Shown here piece after piece: positions 1 through 8,517 of a DNA stretch of 64,000 nt. The position numbers and the translations under genes are program-made. The stretch covers positions 789-64,788 of the forward strand of contig JASHOC010000174.1 of the NCBI GenBank assembly GCA_030041305.1, read 5' to 3'. The notes beneath the pieces are model-generated. The model made no database searches and had not been told where the DNA came from. It saw only the letters and a program-made list of their open reading frames with translations. How positions within the stretch are numbered: position 1 is the stretch's first letter; each line of letters begins with the position of its first letter. Source of the stretch: Acidobacteriaceae bacterium (lineage in GTDB: Bacteria > Acidobacteriota > Terriglobia > Terriglobales > Acidobacteriaceae).

Positions 1-919
1 CTATGGCTGCCAGGGGGATGTGGTGCGGGCTCCGTATGGGGAGACGTTCGATCTCGACGAGGTGCGCGCCACGCTCAAGCCGGAGCACAAGGCGCTCTAC
101 ATGCAGGCGACGGACACCTCGACGACGGCCCGGCACGACGTGGAGGGGGTGGCGAAGCTGCTGAAGGAGGCCGGGGGCGAAACGCTGCTCGTGGTGGATG
201 GGATTACCGGGCTGGGCACGACGCATTTTGACGTGGACGGCTGGGGTGTGGACGTGCTGATCGGCGGATCGCAAAAGGCGGTGATGATTCCGCCGGGAAT
301 GGCCTACCTGAGCGTGAGCGAGCGAGCCTGGGCGGCGATGGAGAAGGCCAAAACGGCGCGGTTCTATTTTGATTTGCGCAGGGAGCGCAAGAACCAGGTG
401 AAAGGCGAGAGCGCGTTCACGCTGCCGGTGGCGCTGGTGGCGGGGTTGGGCGGCGCGCTGGATTACATCGCGGCGCAGGGCGGCGGGGACCTGGAGAAGG
501 GCCGCGAGGCGCTGATCGACAATGCCGAAGTGAACGCGGCCGCGACGCGCGCGGGGCTGGTGGCGCTGGGGTTCACCTTGTTTGCGGCCAAGTCGCCGGC
601 GGCAGCGGCTACGGCGGTGTCGGTCCCCGCGGGGATGAACTCGGGCGACGTGATCAAGGGGCTGAAGGCGCGGTTTGGGATTGTGGCGGCCAACGGCCAA
701 GGCGAGATGATGGGCAGGATCTTTCGCGTGGCGCACCTGGGGTTTTTCGACTATCTGGACACGGTGGCCTTGCTGGGCGCGATGGAGCATATCGCCAAGG
801 ACATGCTGGGGCTGCCGGTGCGCTATGGGGAAGCGGTGGCGGCAGGGCAGCAGGTGTACGCGGAAGCCAGCAGTCAGCTTTCAGCTCTCAGCTCTCAGCT
901 TTTGGCTGCGAAATCCTAG
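1..919 (+). CDS. Class-V PLP aminotransferase (AGXT / serine-glyoxylate / phosphoserine aminotransferase type), 3' part; 5' end outside window
   Basis: The frame is open from nt 2 to TAG 917-919. 'IGGSQKAVMIPPGMAYLSVS' matches the PLP-lysine motif (SGSQKAL...PPG) of AGXT-type enzymes. It lies directly upstream of serA, so a phosphoserine aminotransferase role is an inference. The last ~14 codons are encoded by a 7-bp tandem repeat. Confidence 0.75.
   Translation, partial: YGCQGDVVRAPYGETFDLDEVRATLKPEHKALYMQATDTSTTARHDVEGVAKLLKEAGGETLLVVDGITGLGTTHFDVDGWGVDVLIGGSQKAVMIPPGMAYLSVSERAWAAMEKAKTARFYFDLRRERKNQVKGESAFTLPVALVAGLGGALDYIAAQGGGDLEKGREALIDNAEVNAAATRAGLVALGFTLFAAKSPAAAATAVSVPAGMNSGDVIKGLKARFGIVAANGQGEMMGRIFRVAHLGFFDYLDTVALLGAMEHIAKDMLGLPVRYGEAVAAGQQVYAEASSQLSALSSQLLAAKS
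871..912. repeat. 7-bp tandem repeat array (CAGTCAG CTTTCAG CTCTCAG CTCTCAG CTTTTGG CTGCGAA)
   Basis: Read directly. There are six units of period 7, forming the tail 'SQLSALSSQLLAAKS' of the aminotransferase ORF. It belongs to the same family as the arrays at 18812, 21130 and elsewhere. Confidence 0.8.
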
Positions 920-1051
920 CTTGTAGTTTTTTGTCCGGTATGCAATCTTGCCTTCCCACCCTTGCGGCAAAAACAAAAACGCCGTGCCCAGAGGGCTCCC
1001 AGATGGGGCGCCCAACAGCCGGTCAATGACCACTGACGACTGAGCGCTGTG

Positions 1052-1282
1052 ATGACAGAACTGAGTTTTGGAGAAAAACTGTTGATTGCCCGCCGGCAGC
1101 TCGATCTCTACCAATATGAAATGGCGGAGCGGCTGGGGGTTCACCCCAACTCGGTGACGAAGTACGAGCGCGGCGAAGGCAAGCCGCATGCGGCGGTGGT
1201 GCGCATGTTCGACCTGCTGTGCGAGAAACACGGGATCCGCTTCGATGAATACGAAAGCGGAGAAAAAGCCAAGGGGACAGCG
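1052..1282 (+). other. XRE-type helix-turn-helix module in frame with serA, with no stop codon between them
   Basis: 'FGEKLLIARRQLDLYQYEMAERLGVHPNSVTKYERGEGKPHAAVVRMFDLL' is a complete HTH_3/XRE-like module. It starts at GTG 1049 / ATG 1052, after an in-frame TGA at 1034-1036, and runs without a stop into the serA ATG at 1283. Confidence 0.6.
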
Positions 1283-2878
1283 ATGAAGATCGTTTTGGCG
1301 GAGAAAGTGTCACCGGCGACGCAAGCAGTTTTTGCGGCCGAACCGGGGTGGGAGATCAGGACGCACGACCAGTTGGCGGAGGGTCTGCCGGCCGCGCTGG
1401 CCGACGCTGACGCGTTGGTGGTGCGTTCGGCGGTCGAGGTGGACGACGCGCTGATGGAGCACGCGCCCAAACTGCGCGTGATCGGGCGCGCCGGGGTGGG
1501 CGTGGACAACATCGATACGGAAGCAGCGACGCGGCGCGGGATTGTGGTGATGAACACGCCGGGCGCGAACGCGGTGGCGGTGGCCGAGCTCACCATCGGC
1601 CTGATGATCGCGCTGGCGCGCAAGGTGCCTGCGGCCAACGCGTCGACGCACGCGGGGCGATGGGAGAAAAAGTCGTTGCAGGGCACGGAGCTGCGCGGCA
1701 AGATCCTGGGCATTCTGGGCCTGGGGCGGATCGGGATGGAAGTGGCGAGACGGGCGCGGGGTTTTGGCTTGGAGATTATGGGCTGCGACCCGTTCGTGTC
1801 GGCGGCGGTGGCGCGCGAAAACGGGATACAGCTTGTGCCGGTGGAGCAGCTTTTTGCGAGCGCCGATTATCTGACACTGCATGTGGGCCTGACGCCGCAG
1901 ACCACGGGAATTATCAATACGAAGACGCTGGCGGCGATGAAGAAAGGCGTGCGCATCATCAACTGCGCGCGCGGCGAATTGGTCGACGATGCGGCGCTGG
2001 CGGCGGAGCTTAAAAACGGGCAGGTGGCGGGTGCGGCGCTGGATGTACTGACGGTTGAGCCGCCGAAGGACTCGCCGTACTTCGAGATGGAGAACGTGAT
2101 TCTCACGCCGCACATCGCCGGCTCGACGGCCGAGGCGCAGGAGGCGGTGGGGGTGCAGATCGCCAGCCAGGTGCGCGAGTACCTGAAGCTGGGCGTGGTG
2201 CAGAATGCGGTGAATCTGCCGTCGCTGAGCCATGAAGAATATTTGCAACTGGCGCCGTATATTGATCTGGCCGAACGGCTGGGCTCGTTTCTGGCGCAGG
2301 CGGGCAAAGGCGGCATCGAGGCCGTTCACCTTGTTTATGGCGGGGCCCTGGCGGAACTGAAAACCGAACTGGTGCGCAACGCGGCGATTGCCGGGCTGCT
2401 GGGAGACTCGGAAAACGTGAACCGCATTAACGCGGCCGCCGTAGCCGGAGAGCGCGGCATCCGCATTCACGAAGAGAGAAGCGAGAGCGCGCGTGGCGGC
2501 GGCACGGTGCTGACCGTGGAGCTGCTCGCAGCTATGGGCGGAAACCGCGCCAGCGCCACCGTGATTCGCGGCGAGCAGCCGCGCCTGCTGGAGTTTGACG
2601 GCATCGACATTGAGGCGCCGCTCGAGGGGAATTTGCTGTTTTGCCGCAACTGGGACGTGCCCGGCGTGATCGGGCGCATCGGCACCATTCTGGGCGAGCA
2701 GGGCGTGAATATCGCCAATTTCGCGCTGGGGCGCGAGCGCACGGGGCCGAAACCGGTGAAAGCGCTGGCGGTGGTGCAGGTGGACGCGCCGGTTTCGGAA
2801 TCCGTGCTGGACGCTTTGCGGACGATTGAACCGCTGCTCGAAGTGAAGCTGGTGAAGCTGCCGGAAACGAAGCTTTGA
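1283..2878 (+). CDS. serA: D-3-phosphoglycerate dehydrogenase (long form with C-terminal ACT domain)
   Basis: 531 aa from ATG 1283, preceded by AAGGGGA. It has a 2-hydroxyacid dehydrogenase fold with the Rossmann motif 'GILGLGRIGMEVARRA' and the catalytic region 'LTPHIAGST'. The C-terminal 'WDVPGVIGRIGTILGEQGVNIANFALGR' is ACT-like. The longest ORF (from 1049) would add the HTH module. Confidence 0.9.
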   Translation: MKIVLAEKVSPATQAVFAAEPGWEIRTHDQLAEGLPAALADADALVVRSAVEVDDALMEHAPKLRVIGRAGVGVDNIDTEAATRRGIVVMNTPGANAVAVAELTIGLMIALARKVPAANASTHAGRWEKKSLQGTELRGKILGILGLGRIGMEVARRARGFGLEIMGCDPFVSAAVARENGIQLVPVEQLFASADYLTLHVGLTPQTTGIINTKTLAAMKKGVRIINCARGELVDDAALAAELKNGQVAGAALDVLTVEPPKDSPYFEMENVILTPHIAGSTAEAQEAVGVQIASQVREYLKLGVVQNAVNLPSLSHEEYLQLAPYIDLAERLGSFLAQAGKGGIEAVHLVYGGALAELKTELVRNAAIAGLLGDSENVNRINAAAVAGERGIRIHEERSESARGGGTVLTVELLAAMGGNRASATVIRGEQPRLLEFDGIDIEAPLEGNLLFCRNWDVPGVIGRIGTILGEQGVNIANFALGRERTGPKPVKALAVVQVDAPVSESVLDALRTIEPLLEVKLVKLPETKL

Positions 2879-2902
2879 AAAGCGGCTGCGGGCTACTTCG
2901 GC

Positions 2903-4099
2903 TCAGAGTATTCTCGCCAGCCCGGGGATGCGGAGAACTGCCTGCGCCGTCAGCCAGCTTAAGAAAGTAGTGGCGAGAAAAACGAAGAGAAATTTGAGGC
3001 TGGCGTGAATTGGCCGGTCCAACACAAGACGCTGGGTCCAGGTGATGAAGACGTAGTGCACCAGGTACATCACGTAGGCGCTTCTGCTCAGCGATTTCAT
3101 CCATAGACTGGAGGGCAGTTTGATTCCTCGGAAGAGAGCCAGAAACGCGAAACAACTTGCGACGCAACTTGCCGCCCGAAGCGGCGTCCCCAGACTCCCC
3201 ATATGCCGGATCGCGGGTGCATAAGCTATTACCCACCTGGGTATAAACCACAGCGCATTAAAGGCAAGAATGCACCCTAGGACCCATCGCGGCCAATGCC
3301 GCGCCAGGCTTCCGTCGTGCGCGAGTAGTCCCTTGGAATAACTTGGCGCTCCCACAAGAAACCCGAACGAGAACCATAGGGCATAGAGGCCAATGCGGGA
3401 AACTTGAAAGGAAAACGGCCATGTAACGAGGTTGGCCCAGGCGCCATACCCATAGCGGATGAGCAAGGGCGCATATGCAAACGCCAACAAGAAGAAAATT
3501 CCAACAGAAGCCGCAACGGGGTGATTGCGCAACTTTGGCGTCCATCGCTCAACCCGTGGCATAAACCGCCGAAGCGGCAGCAGGGCCAGAGCCAGCACCA
3601 CGTCGAAGAAGAGCAGCTCCCAGACGAACCAAGGCGGCCCGATAGTAAAGCCTCGCGAGGCCAGCAGCTTGTAGAAGTCGATGAGCCCGGTGTCATGCCC
3701 GGTAACCTGCCAGGACGCGTAGTAAGCAATCGGCACGAGGAACACGATGGAAAAAGCGAAGGGCGCTCCCAGCCGCAGAGACCGATCGCGTATGAAACCA
3801 GTCACGCCATGCCGGCGCAGCGCCGGGTAGACGAACAGGCCGGAGACAAAGAACATCAGCGACATGAAAAACACGTCGTTGAAGCTCGTGGCGTAGTCGG
3901 AAAAAGCCCACCGGGTCCCATCGGCGATGACCATGTTCCGCCAGTCAAAGCGGGCGTAGCTTGCATAGGGGAGCAAAGAGTGATGGGCGATCACCATCAA
4001 CTTCAGCGTGGTGCGGAGATAGTCGATAGAAAGGTCGCGCTGGCCCCGCTGCCTGGCCAGTTCTTCCCCTGAGCGGAGAACTGCCGTCGTACTTACCAT
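2903..4099 (-). CDS. Acyltransferase family 3 (OafA/YrhL-like) integral membrane protein
   Basis: 398 aa and polytopic (about 10 hydrophobic segments). The N-terminal 'SIDYLRTTLKLMVIAHHSLLPY' resembles the Acyltransferase_3 signature. Confidence 0.7.
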   Translation of the reverse strand: MVSTTAVLRSGEELARQRGQRDLSIDYLRTTLKLMVIAHHSLLPYASYARFDWRNMVIADGTRWAFSDYATSFNDVFFMSLMFFVSGLFVYPALRRHGVTGFIRDRSLRLGAPFAFSIVFLVPIAYYASWQVTGHDTGLIDFYKLLASRGFTIGPPWFVWELLFFDVVLALALLPLRRFMPRVERWTPKLRNHPVAASVGIFFLLAFAYAPLLIRYGYGAWANLVTWPFSFQVSRIGLYALWFSFGFLVGAPSYSKGLLAHDGSLARHWPRWVLGCILAFNALWFIPRWVIAYAPAIRHMGSLGTPLRAASCVASCFAFLALFRGIKLPSSLWMKSLSRSAYVMYLVHYVFITWTQRLVLDRPIHASLKFLFVFLATTFLSWLTAQAVLRIPGLARIL

Positions 4100-4316
4100 T
4101 GGGCCCTGGTTTGAGCAAGGAGTTTACTCCATTCTGGATTGCGCCTTGAAAGGAGACATGCCCCGAAAGGAGTAATCGCATGAACGTTTGTGTTATCTGG
4201 GCAGATGCGGGATGCGAATCCGTCTCCGCCCAATTGCGCCCGGCGCCGGGGTCGTTGCCCGAACTTGCCGAGAAGTGAGCAATCGACGGTTCATTCCGAG
4301 AACTTCCGCGGGCTCG

Positions 4317-6776
4317 TCACTGAATGCGAATGTTGCCGGAGCCGGTTTGAGCGCGCACATTGGGACCGCCCCCATTTAGTTGGGCGGTGAGGTGGTGGCG
4401 ATCGGAAGACATCTGCGTCATCATCTCGCGGGAGCTGGAGATGGCGCCGGAGCCGGTCGATGCGTTGAGGGTCATGGGCGCGTTGGCGGTCGATAGCTCG
4501 ATGTTGCCCGATCCTGTTTGCAGCCTCCAGTCGGCGGAGGGAGTTCCGGCGGCTTTGATGTTGCCGGAGCCGGTTTGGGCATTCAGGCCGCCATGGACGC
4601 CCTGGACATCGATATTGCCGGAGCCGGTCTGCGCCTTCGCGTCGCTCGAGCCGGTATTGTTGACCACGATGTTGCCGGAACCGGTCTGGGTCGTGAATCC
4701 TCCCTCAAGCCCGGTGGCGGTGATGTTGCCGGAACCGGTAGTGAGCTTTGCTCCCTGACCGACGCCCTCGTCGGTAACGTTGCCGGAGCCGGAAACGGCG
4801 TTGACCATGGCGTTTGCCGGCGCCTCGATGTCATAGTCGATGCGGATGTTGCGCCAATTCTCGTGGCGTTCGCCGATGCGCACCGTGTTTCCGGTTTGTT
4901 CGATAGGCGGATTGGCCGCGATCTGGCGCACCAGGTCTTCGTTTTCGCCCTGATTGGAGCTGACCCGGCCGTGAATCACGACCTGATTGCCGGAGCCGCG
5001 GGTGAGGTGAATGTTGCCCGAGCCGGTGGCGACAGAAAGGTCCAACTGGCCGCTGATCGAAAGGGTTCTATCAAAGGTGGCTTGTGTGGGCGAAGGCGCC
5101 GCCTGAACAAACGGGCGACCGATGCCGGAGAGCATGGCGAGCAGCTCACCGGTGCGACCATAGGAACTGCGACCGGTGGGTGGGTCGGGGGCGGGGGCTG
5201 GCGGCATATCCATGTGGACCGGCGGCACATCGAAGTGGATCGCAAGCACATCGATCTGCACGGCGGGCACATCAATGTGCACCGGCGGAACGTCGACAAG
5301 TTTCGAGGGGACATCGAGGTGGATCGCAGGCACATTGATGTGAACGGCCGGAACGCAGATCTGCCTGGAGGGCACATCAATGTGCGTGGCCGGAACATGG
5401 ACGTGCGCCGCCGGCACATTGATGTGTCGTGCCGGCACGTTCACGTGGATCGCGGGCACATTCACGTGAATGGGAGGGACTTGGACGTTGATGGGCGAAC
5501 CCGGCGCGGATTGCGGCGACGGAGCGGGCTGGTTCTGCGGGGAAGCTTCGGCAGCGTCAGGCGCGACGGTGGGCGGAGCCGCGTCGGGATGCGACTGGCC
5601 GGTGATGGGCGGCTGGGCCGGCGCCGTTTGCGGCGTGGTTTGGGTTGCCGCTTGCACACGGACGAGAGCCGTAGCCAAAAACAAGGCGCAGGGAACGAGC
5701 AGCATCGCCAGGAGAGTGCGCCGGTTGCCCGAAAAAGCGTGATGAAAAGCGCGGTCATTGAGCAGGCGTTCCACGCGGCGGGAAAGACTCGAGGGACGGG
5801 CCATGGCGACTCCTGTCAAGAGGGGGCTTGGGGTAGGGCGCGGGGCTGCCGCGAATTCGAGCAGGATCTGGGCATAGGCGGCGCGGCTGGTGGCTTGTTC
5901 CAGTCCGTCGCGGTCACCGATGGCCTCACCCAAATCGGAGAGTTTGCGCTTAAGCCACCACCCCAAGGGGCTGAACCAGACGAGGGCGGCGTAGAGGCCG
6001 GCAAGGATCTGCAGATAGAAATCTCCTTGGCGGATGTGGGAGCGTTCGTGGGCGAGCACGATGCACAGCTTTTCGGGGTCCCAGCGGGCGTAGTCCGCGG
6101 GAAGGAGAACCGTGGAACCGATGGTGACCGGCGACGCGACGGCGGAGGTCGAGCGCACGTCGAGACTGGGGGTCCCAGGGAGCGTATCGAAGGTTGCCGG
6201 CTTCGCCGCGCGCACCAGAAGAAGCGCCGCTCCAATCCCATAGAGCAGGCGCACGAGCAAGGCGGATGCGAGGGCTATATAGAGGAGCCAGCCCGCGTTC
6301 GAGAGCGAAAACGAGCGGGCGGCAAGCGGTGAAGGCGCGGGCGGCGCAGGGGAAGCGTCGAATTCGCGCTGTGAAATGACGGGAGCGGGGAAACGCCCGG
6401 GGAGCGGGGTCACCTGCCCGGGCGCGGCTTCCATTCGCGATGTGGAAGGGACCGGCGTTGCGGGAACCGCAGCCGCAGGCGCTGAGACCGCTGCAGAAAT
6501 GGCCGCGGATCCTTGCCCATCCGGCGGCGCGGCGGCCGGAATAGCCACTTTGGCGGCAAGGGAACGCCAGGGCAAAACTACCGTTGCGGCCGGCACTCCC
6601 GCCCAGCGCGCGGCCCAAGGCGACACCAGCGGCATCAGTACCGCCCCGGCCAGCACCACGGTCCATGCGACTTTTTGGGCCAGCACGTTGCGGATGCGAA
6701 AGACGCGCAGGCCGGCCCAAACCACTGCGGCCAGCGCCAACGAGCGCAATGCGGCTGCCATGAATGCTCCAGTCAT
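4317..6776 (-). CDS. BlaR1-type M56 peptidase signal transducer with heptapeptide-repeat linker and GSGNI-repeat (DUF4097-like) C-terminal domain
   Basis: 819 aa from ATG 6776; the ATGA overlaps the stop of the upstream BlaI-family gene. The M56 zinc motif is 'VLAHERSHIRQGDF' (HExxH). After the last TM segment ('LLAMLLVPCALFLATALV') come a Pro-rich linker, 13 VPxxH(I/V)(N/D) heptads, and about 9 'GSGN(I/V)' units ending '...QTGSGNIRIQ'. The ORF-track version (to 7139) overlaps blaI and was trimmed. Confidence 0.85.
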   Translation of the reverse strand: MTGAFMAAALRSLALAAVVWAGLRVFRIRNVLAQKVAWTVVLAGAVLMPLVSPWAARWAGVPAATVVLPWRSLAAKVAIPAAAPPDGQGSAAISAAVSAPAAAVPATPVPSTSRMEAAPGQVTPLPGRFPAPVISQREFDASPAPPAPSPLAARSFSLSNAGWLLYIALASALLVRLLYGIGAALLLVRAAKPATFDTLPGTPSLDVRSTSAVASPVTIGSTVLLPADYARWDPEKLCIVLAHERSHIRQGDFYLQILAGLYAALVWFSPLGWWLKRKLSDLGEAIGDRDGLEQATSRAAYAQILLEFAAAPRPTPSPLLTGVAMARPSSLSRRVERLLNDRAFHHAFSGNRRTLLAMLLVPCALFLATALVRVQAATQTTPQTAPAQPPITGQSHPDAAPPTVAPDAAEASPQNQPAPSPQSAPGSPINVQVPPIHVNVPAIHVNVPARHINVPAAHVHVPATHIDVPSRQICVPAVHINVPAIHLDVPSKLVDVPPVHIDVPAVQIDVLAIHFDVPPVHMDMPPAPAPDPPTGRSSYGRTGELLAMLSGIGRPFVQAAPSPTQATFDRTLSISGQLDLSVATGSGNIHLTRGSGNQVVIHGRVSSNQGENEDLVRQIAANPPIEQTGNTVRIGERHENWRNIRIDYDIEAPANAMVNAVSGSGNVTDEGVGQGAKLTTGSGNITATGLEGGFTTQTGSGNIVVNNTGSSDAKAQTGSGNIDVQGVHGGLNAQTGSGNIKAAGTPSADWRLQTGSGNIELSTANAPMTLNASTGSGAISSSREMMTQMSSDRHHLTAQLNGGGPNVRAQTGSGNIRIQ
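5201..5492 (-). repeat. 21-bp tandem repeat (about 13-14 units) encoding V-P-x-x-H-(I/V)-(N/D) heptads inside the BlaR1-like gene
   Basis: The plus strand shows 'gcacatcgaagtggatcgcaa / gcacatcgatctgcacggcgg / gcacatcaatgtgcaccggcg ...' with period 21. The protein reads 'VPPIHVNVPAIHVNVPARHINVPAAHVHVPATHIDVPSRQICVPAVHINVPAIHLDVPSKLVDVPPVHIDVPAVQIDVLAIHFDVPPVHMDMP'. Confidence 0.9.
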
Positions 6777-7213
6777 CCTTTCGCCTCCTTGCCGCTCCGG
6801 GTGCGAGCTTCGCGGCTTGCGGCCACTTGCTGCGCCGCGGCGATGCGTTCGGCGAGCCGCTGCAGCTCCTTGCGGTCGAGCACTTCCGAATCGACCATGC
6901 CCACCAGCAGGGCCTCCACGGAACCCTCGCAAAACCAATCCACGATTCGCCGGACGGCGCGCCCGGCCACGCGTTGCCGCGACTCCGCGGGACGGTAAAT
7001 GAAGGTGCGGTTCTCGACCGAGTGCGCCAGATAGCCCTTCTCTTCCAGCCGGCGCAGCACCGTGCGCACCGTGGAATCCTTCAGTGGCCGGTCCAGCCCT
7101 TCGCGCGCCTGCTCGGCAGTGACCGCGCCCAGCCGCCACACGATGAGGAGGATACGGCGTTCGAGCTCGCCAAGTTCAGCCGGATCGTGAGCGGATTCAG
7201 TGTTACCGGTCAT
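6773..7213 (-). CDS. BlaI/MecI/CopY-family winged-helix transcriptional repressor
   Basis: 146 aa. 'LGELERRILLIVWRLGAVTAEQAREGLDRPLKDSTVRTVLRRLEEKGYLAHSVENRTFIYRP' is a typical Penicillinase_R fold sequence. It is translationally coupled to the M56 gene (ATGA). Confidence 0.9.
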   Translation of the reverse strand: MTGNTESAHDPAELGELERRILLIVWRLGAVTAEQAREGLDRPLKDSTVRTVLRRLEEKGYLAHSVENRTFIYRPAESRQRVAGRAVRRIVDWFCEGSVEALLVGMVDSEVLDRKELQRLAERIAAAQQVAASREARTRSGKEAKG

Positions 7214-7214
7214 A

Positions 7215-7233
7215 ATGTTACCGACTGTAACAT
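7215..7233. promoter_or_regulatory. Candidate BlaI-family operator: perfect 7-bp inverted repeat ATGTTAC-CGACT-GTAACAT
   Basis: Read directly at 7215-7233, starting 2 nt upstream of the blaI-like ATG (7213). A third TGTTACCG half-site lies at 7201-7208, inside the first codons. BlaI/MecI operators are TACA/TGTA-type palindromes (established knowledge). Confidence 0.5.
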
Positions 7234-7339
7234 AACTCAGCCGGGAGCCGTCAAGAGGATTTTCGAAAATTTTTGTGATTCTTTTTGCGAACCACGCGAT
7301 GGGCGATTCTTCGCTCCTCCGGGTACGAGTAAGCCGCGA

Positions 7340-8218
7340 TCAATAGAGGACCGAGGGGAGCCAGGCTCCGGAGGGGTTGCTGTACAAGCCGAGGCTCATG
7401 AGCGTCATGGGCTGCACCACGCGCAGGCCGTTGGCAAGGCACCAGCGGAAGAGAGCGCTGTTGCGGGAGGGAACGAGAATGCCGGGCCCCATGAAGGAAT
7501 CGGCGGAGGCAATGAGGGCCTGCAAGTCGAGGTTGGTTTCGGCGGTGGCGTGGCCGAAGAAGGCCAGCATGGAGGCGTAGCCGGTGATGCGGCCGCTGCG
7601 TTCGACGACCCGAGCCGTACCTTGCTGCACGGCGTCAGCGAGCTCGCCGCCGCGATCGAAGCCGTGGATCTGACGCGCGAGCCGGTTGCACGCATCGAGA
7701 TCCTGGTTTTGCGCGGGACGCACCGCGCATCCGGGGACGGTTCTTTCGGTCGCTCGACCGGTCATGCAGGAGAGCGACTCGCGCACGTCGAAGCCCAGGC
7801 TGGTGTAAAGCGAGAGGGAGCGATTGTGAAAGGCGGCCTGCACCAGCCGGACTCCGGCAAAGCCGCGTTTCGTGGCCCGATCGAGCACCGCCTGCATCAG
7901 CGTACGGCCGACGCCGGCGTTTTGCACCTTGGGATCGACGGTGATCGGGCCGACGCCGGCAATCGCCGATCGCTCATCGAGGGAATTACTGCCGGCAATT
8001 CGGCCTTCGATTTCCGCCACGACGCAATAGAAGCCGGGATGGGAAAAGAGCATGGAGAGGACGCGGTGGGTTGCTTCGGAGGAGGGAAAATCGCAGGGGA
8101 AGCCGTGCTGCCGATTAATGGCGCTAAAGGCGTCATAGCAGATTTGGCCGCAGGCGAGCGCGTCCTCGGGCCGCGCCGCGCGCAGGACGATGGCGCTCGA
8201 ACGTGGTTCATCCGGCAT
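7340..8218 (-). CDS. GNAT-family N-acetyltransferase (two-domain, 292 aa)
   Basis: The N-terminal half has GNAT motif A: 'VTVDPKVQNAGVGRTLMQAVLDRATKRGFAGVRL' (Q/RxxGxG/A acetyl-CoA loop). Confidence 0.75.
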   Translation of the reverse strand: MPDEPRSSAIVLRAARPEDALACGQICYDAFSAINRQHGFPCDFPSSEATHRVLSMLFSHPGFYCVVAEIEGRIAGSNSLDERSAIAGVGPITVDPKVQNAGVGRTLMQAVLDRATKRGFAGVRLVQAAFHNRSLSLYTSLGFDVRESLSCMTGRATERTVPGCAVRPAQNQDLDACNRLARQIHGFDRGGELADAVQQGTARVVERSGRITGYASMLAFFGHATAETNLDLQALIASADSFMGPGILVPSRNSALFRWCLANGLRVVQPMTLMSLGLYSNPSGAWLPSVLY

Positions 8219-8242
8219 GTTTGGAGCCTCCTCGGGGAAGGC

Positions 8243-8458
8243 TCAGTATATCTTCGTGTTGAGTGGCGCATCGCGGAAAACTCCCCAGTCGCGGCGCCAT
8301 TTGGTCCGGGAAGAGTAGGACGAGTCGGGAAGCAAGGAAGGACGGGAGACAAATTTCTCTCGTCTTTTGGCGAGTTGGCGCCGCTTCGCGGAATTAGCGG
8401 GTTGCCGGGAGTCGGGTTTCGACGCCATCCTACGGAAGAGGTCAATAGGCTTGGTCAT
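8243..8458 (-). CDS. Possible small basic protein (71 aa), function unknown
   Basis: ATG-initiated ORF just upstream of, and co-directional with, the GNAT gene. Third-position GC is fairly high by eye. No recognisable motif. Confidence 0.25.
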   Translation of the reverse strand: MTKPIDLFRRMASKPDSRQPANSAKRRQLAKRREKFVSRPSLLPDSSYSSRTKWRRDWGVFRDAPLNTKIY

Positions 8459-8517
8459 ATCGGCGGGTCAAACGAATAGTCGGCCGCTTCCCTCACTGCA
8501 AGACCACGATTAACGCC

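Noticed and set aside
1310-2470. Long antisense or out-of-frame ORFs throughout the window (for example 1310-2470, 4518-6332, 6764-8479, 9226-11028, 16277-17473, 41838-43016, 45097-46671, 49113-50630, 54635-55876, 61353-62504)
   Set aside because: They are Arg/Pro/Gly/Ala-rich shadow ORFs typical of high-GC DNA. Each lies opposite to, or out of frame with, a gene that has clear family motifs. None shows recognisable domains.
6777-7139. 121-codon N-terminal extension of the BlaR1-like ORF given in the ORF track (start 7139)
   Set aside because: The extension completely overlaps the blaI-like gene in another frame and is Arg/Gly-rich. ATG 6776 gives the canonical M56 N-terminus and an ATGA coupling.
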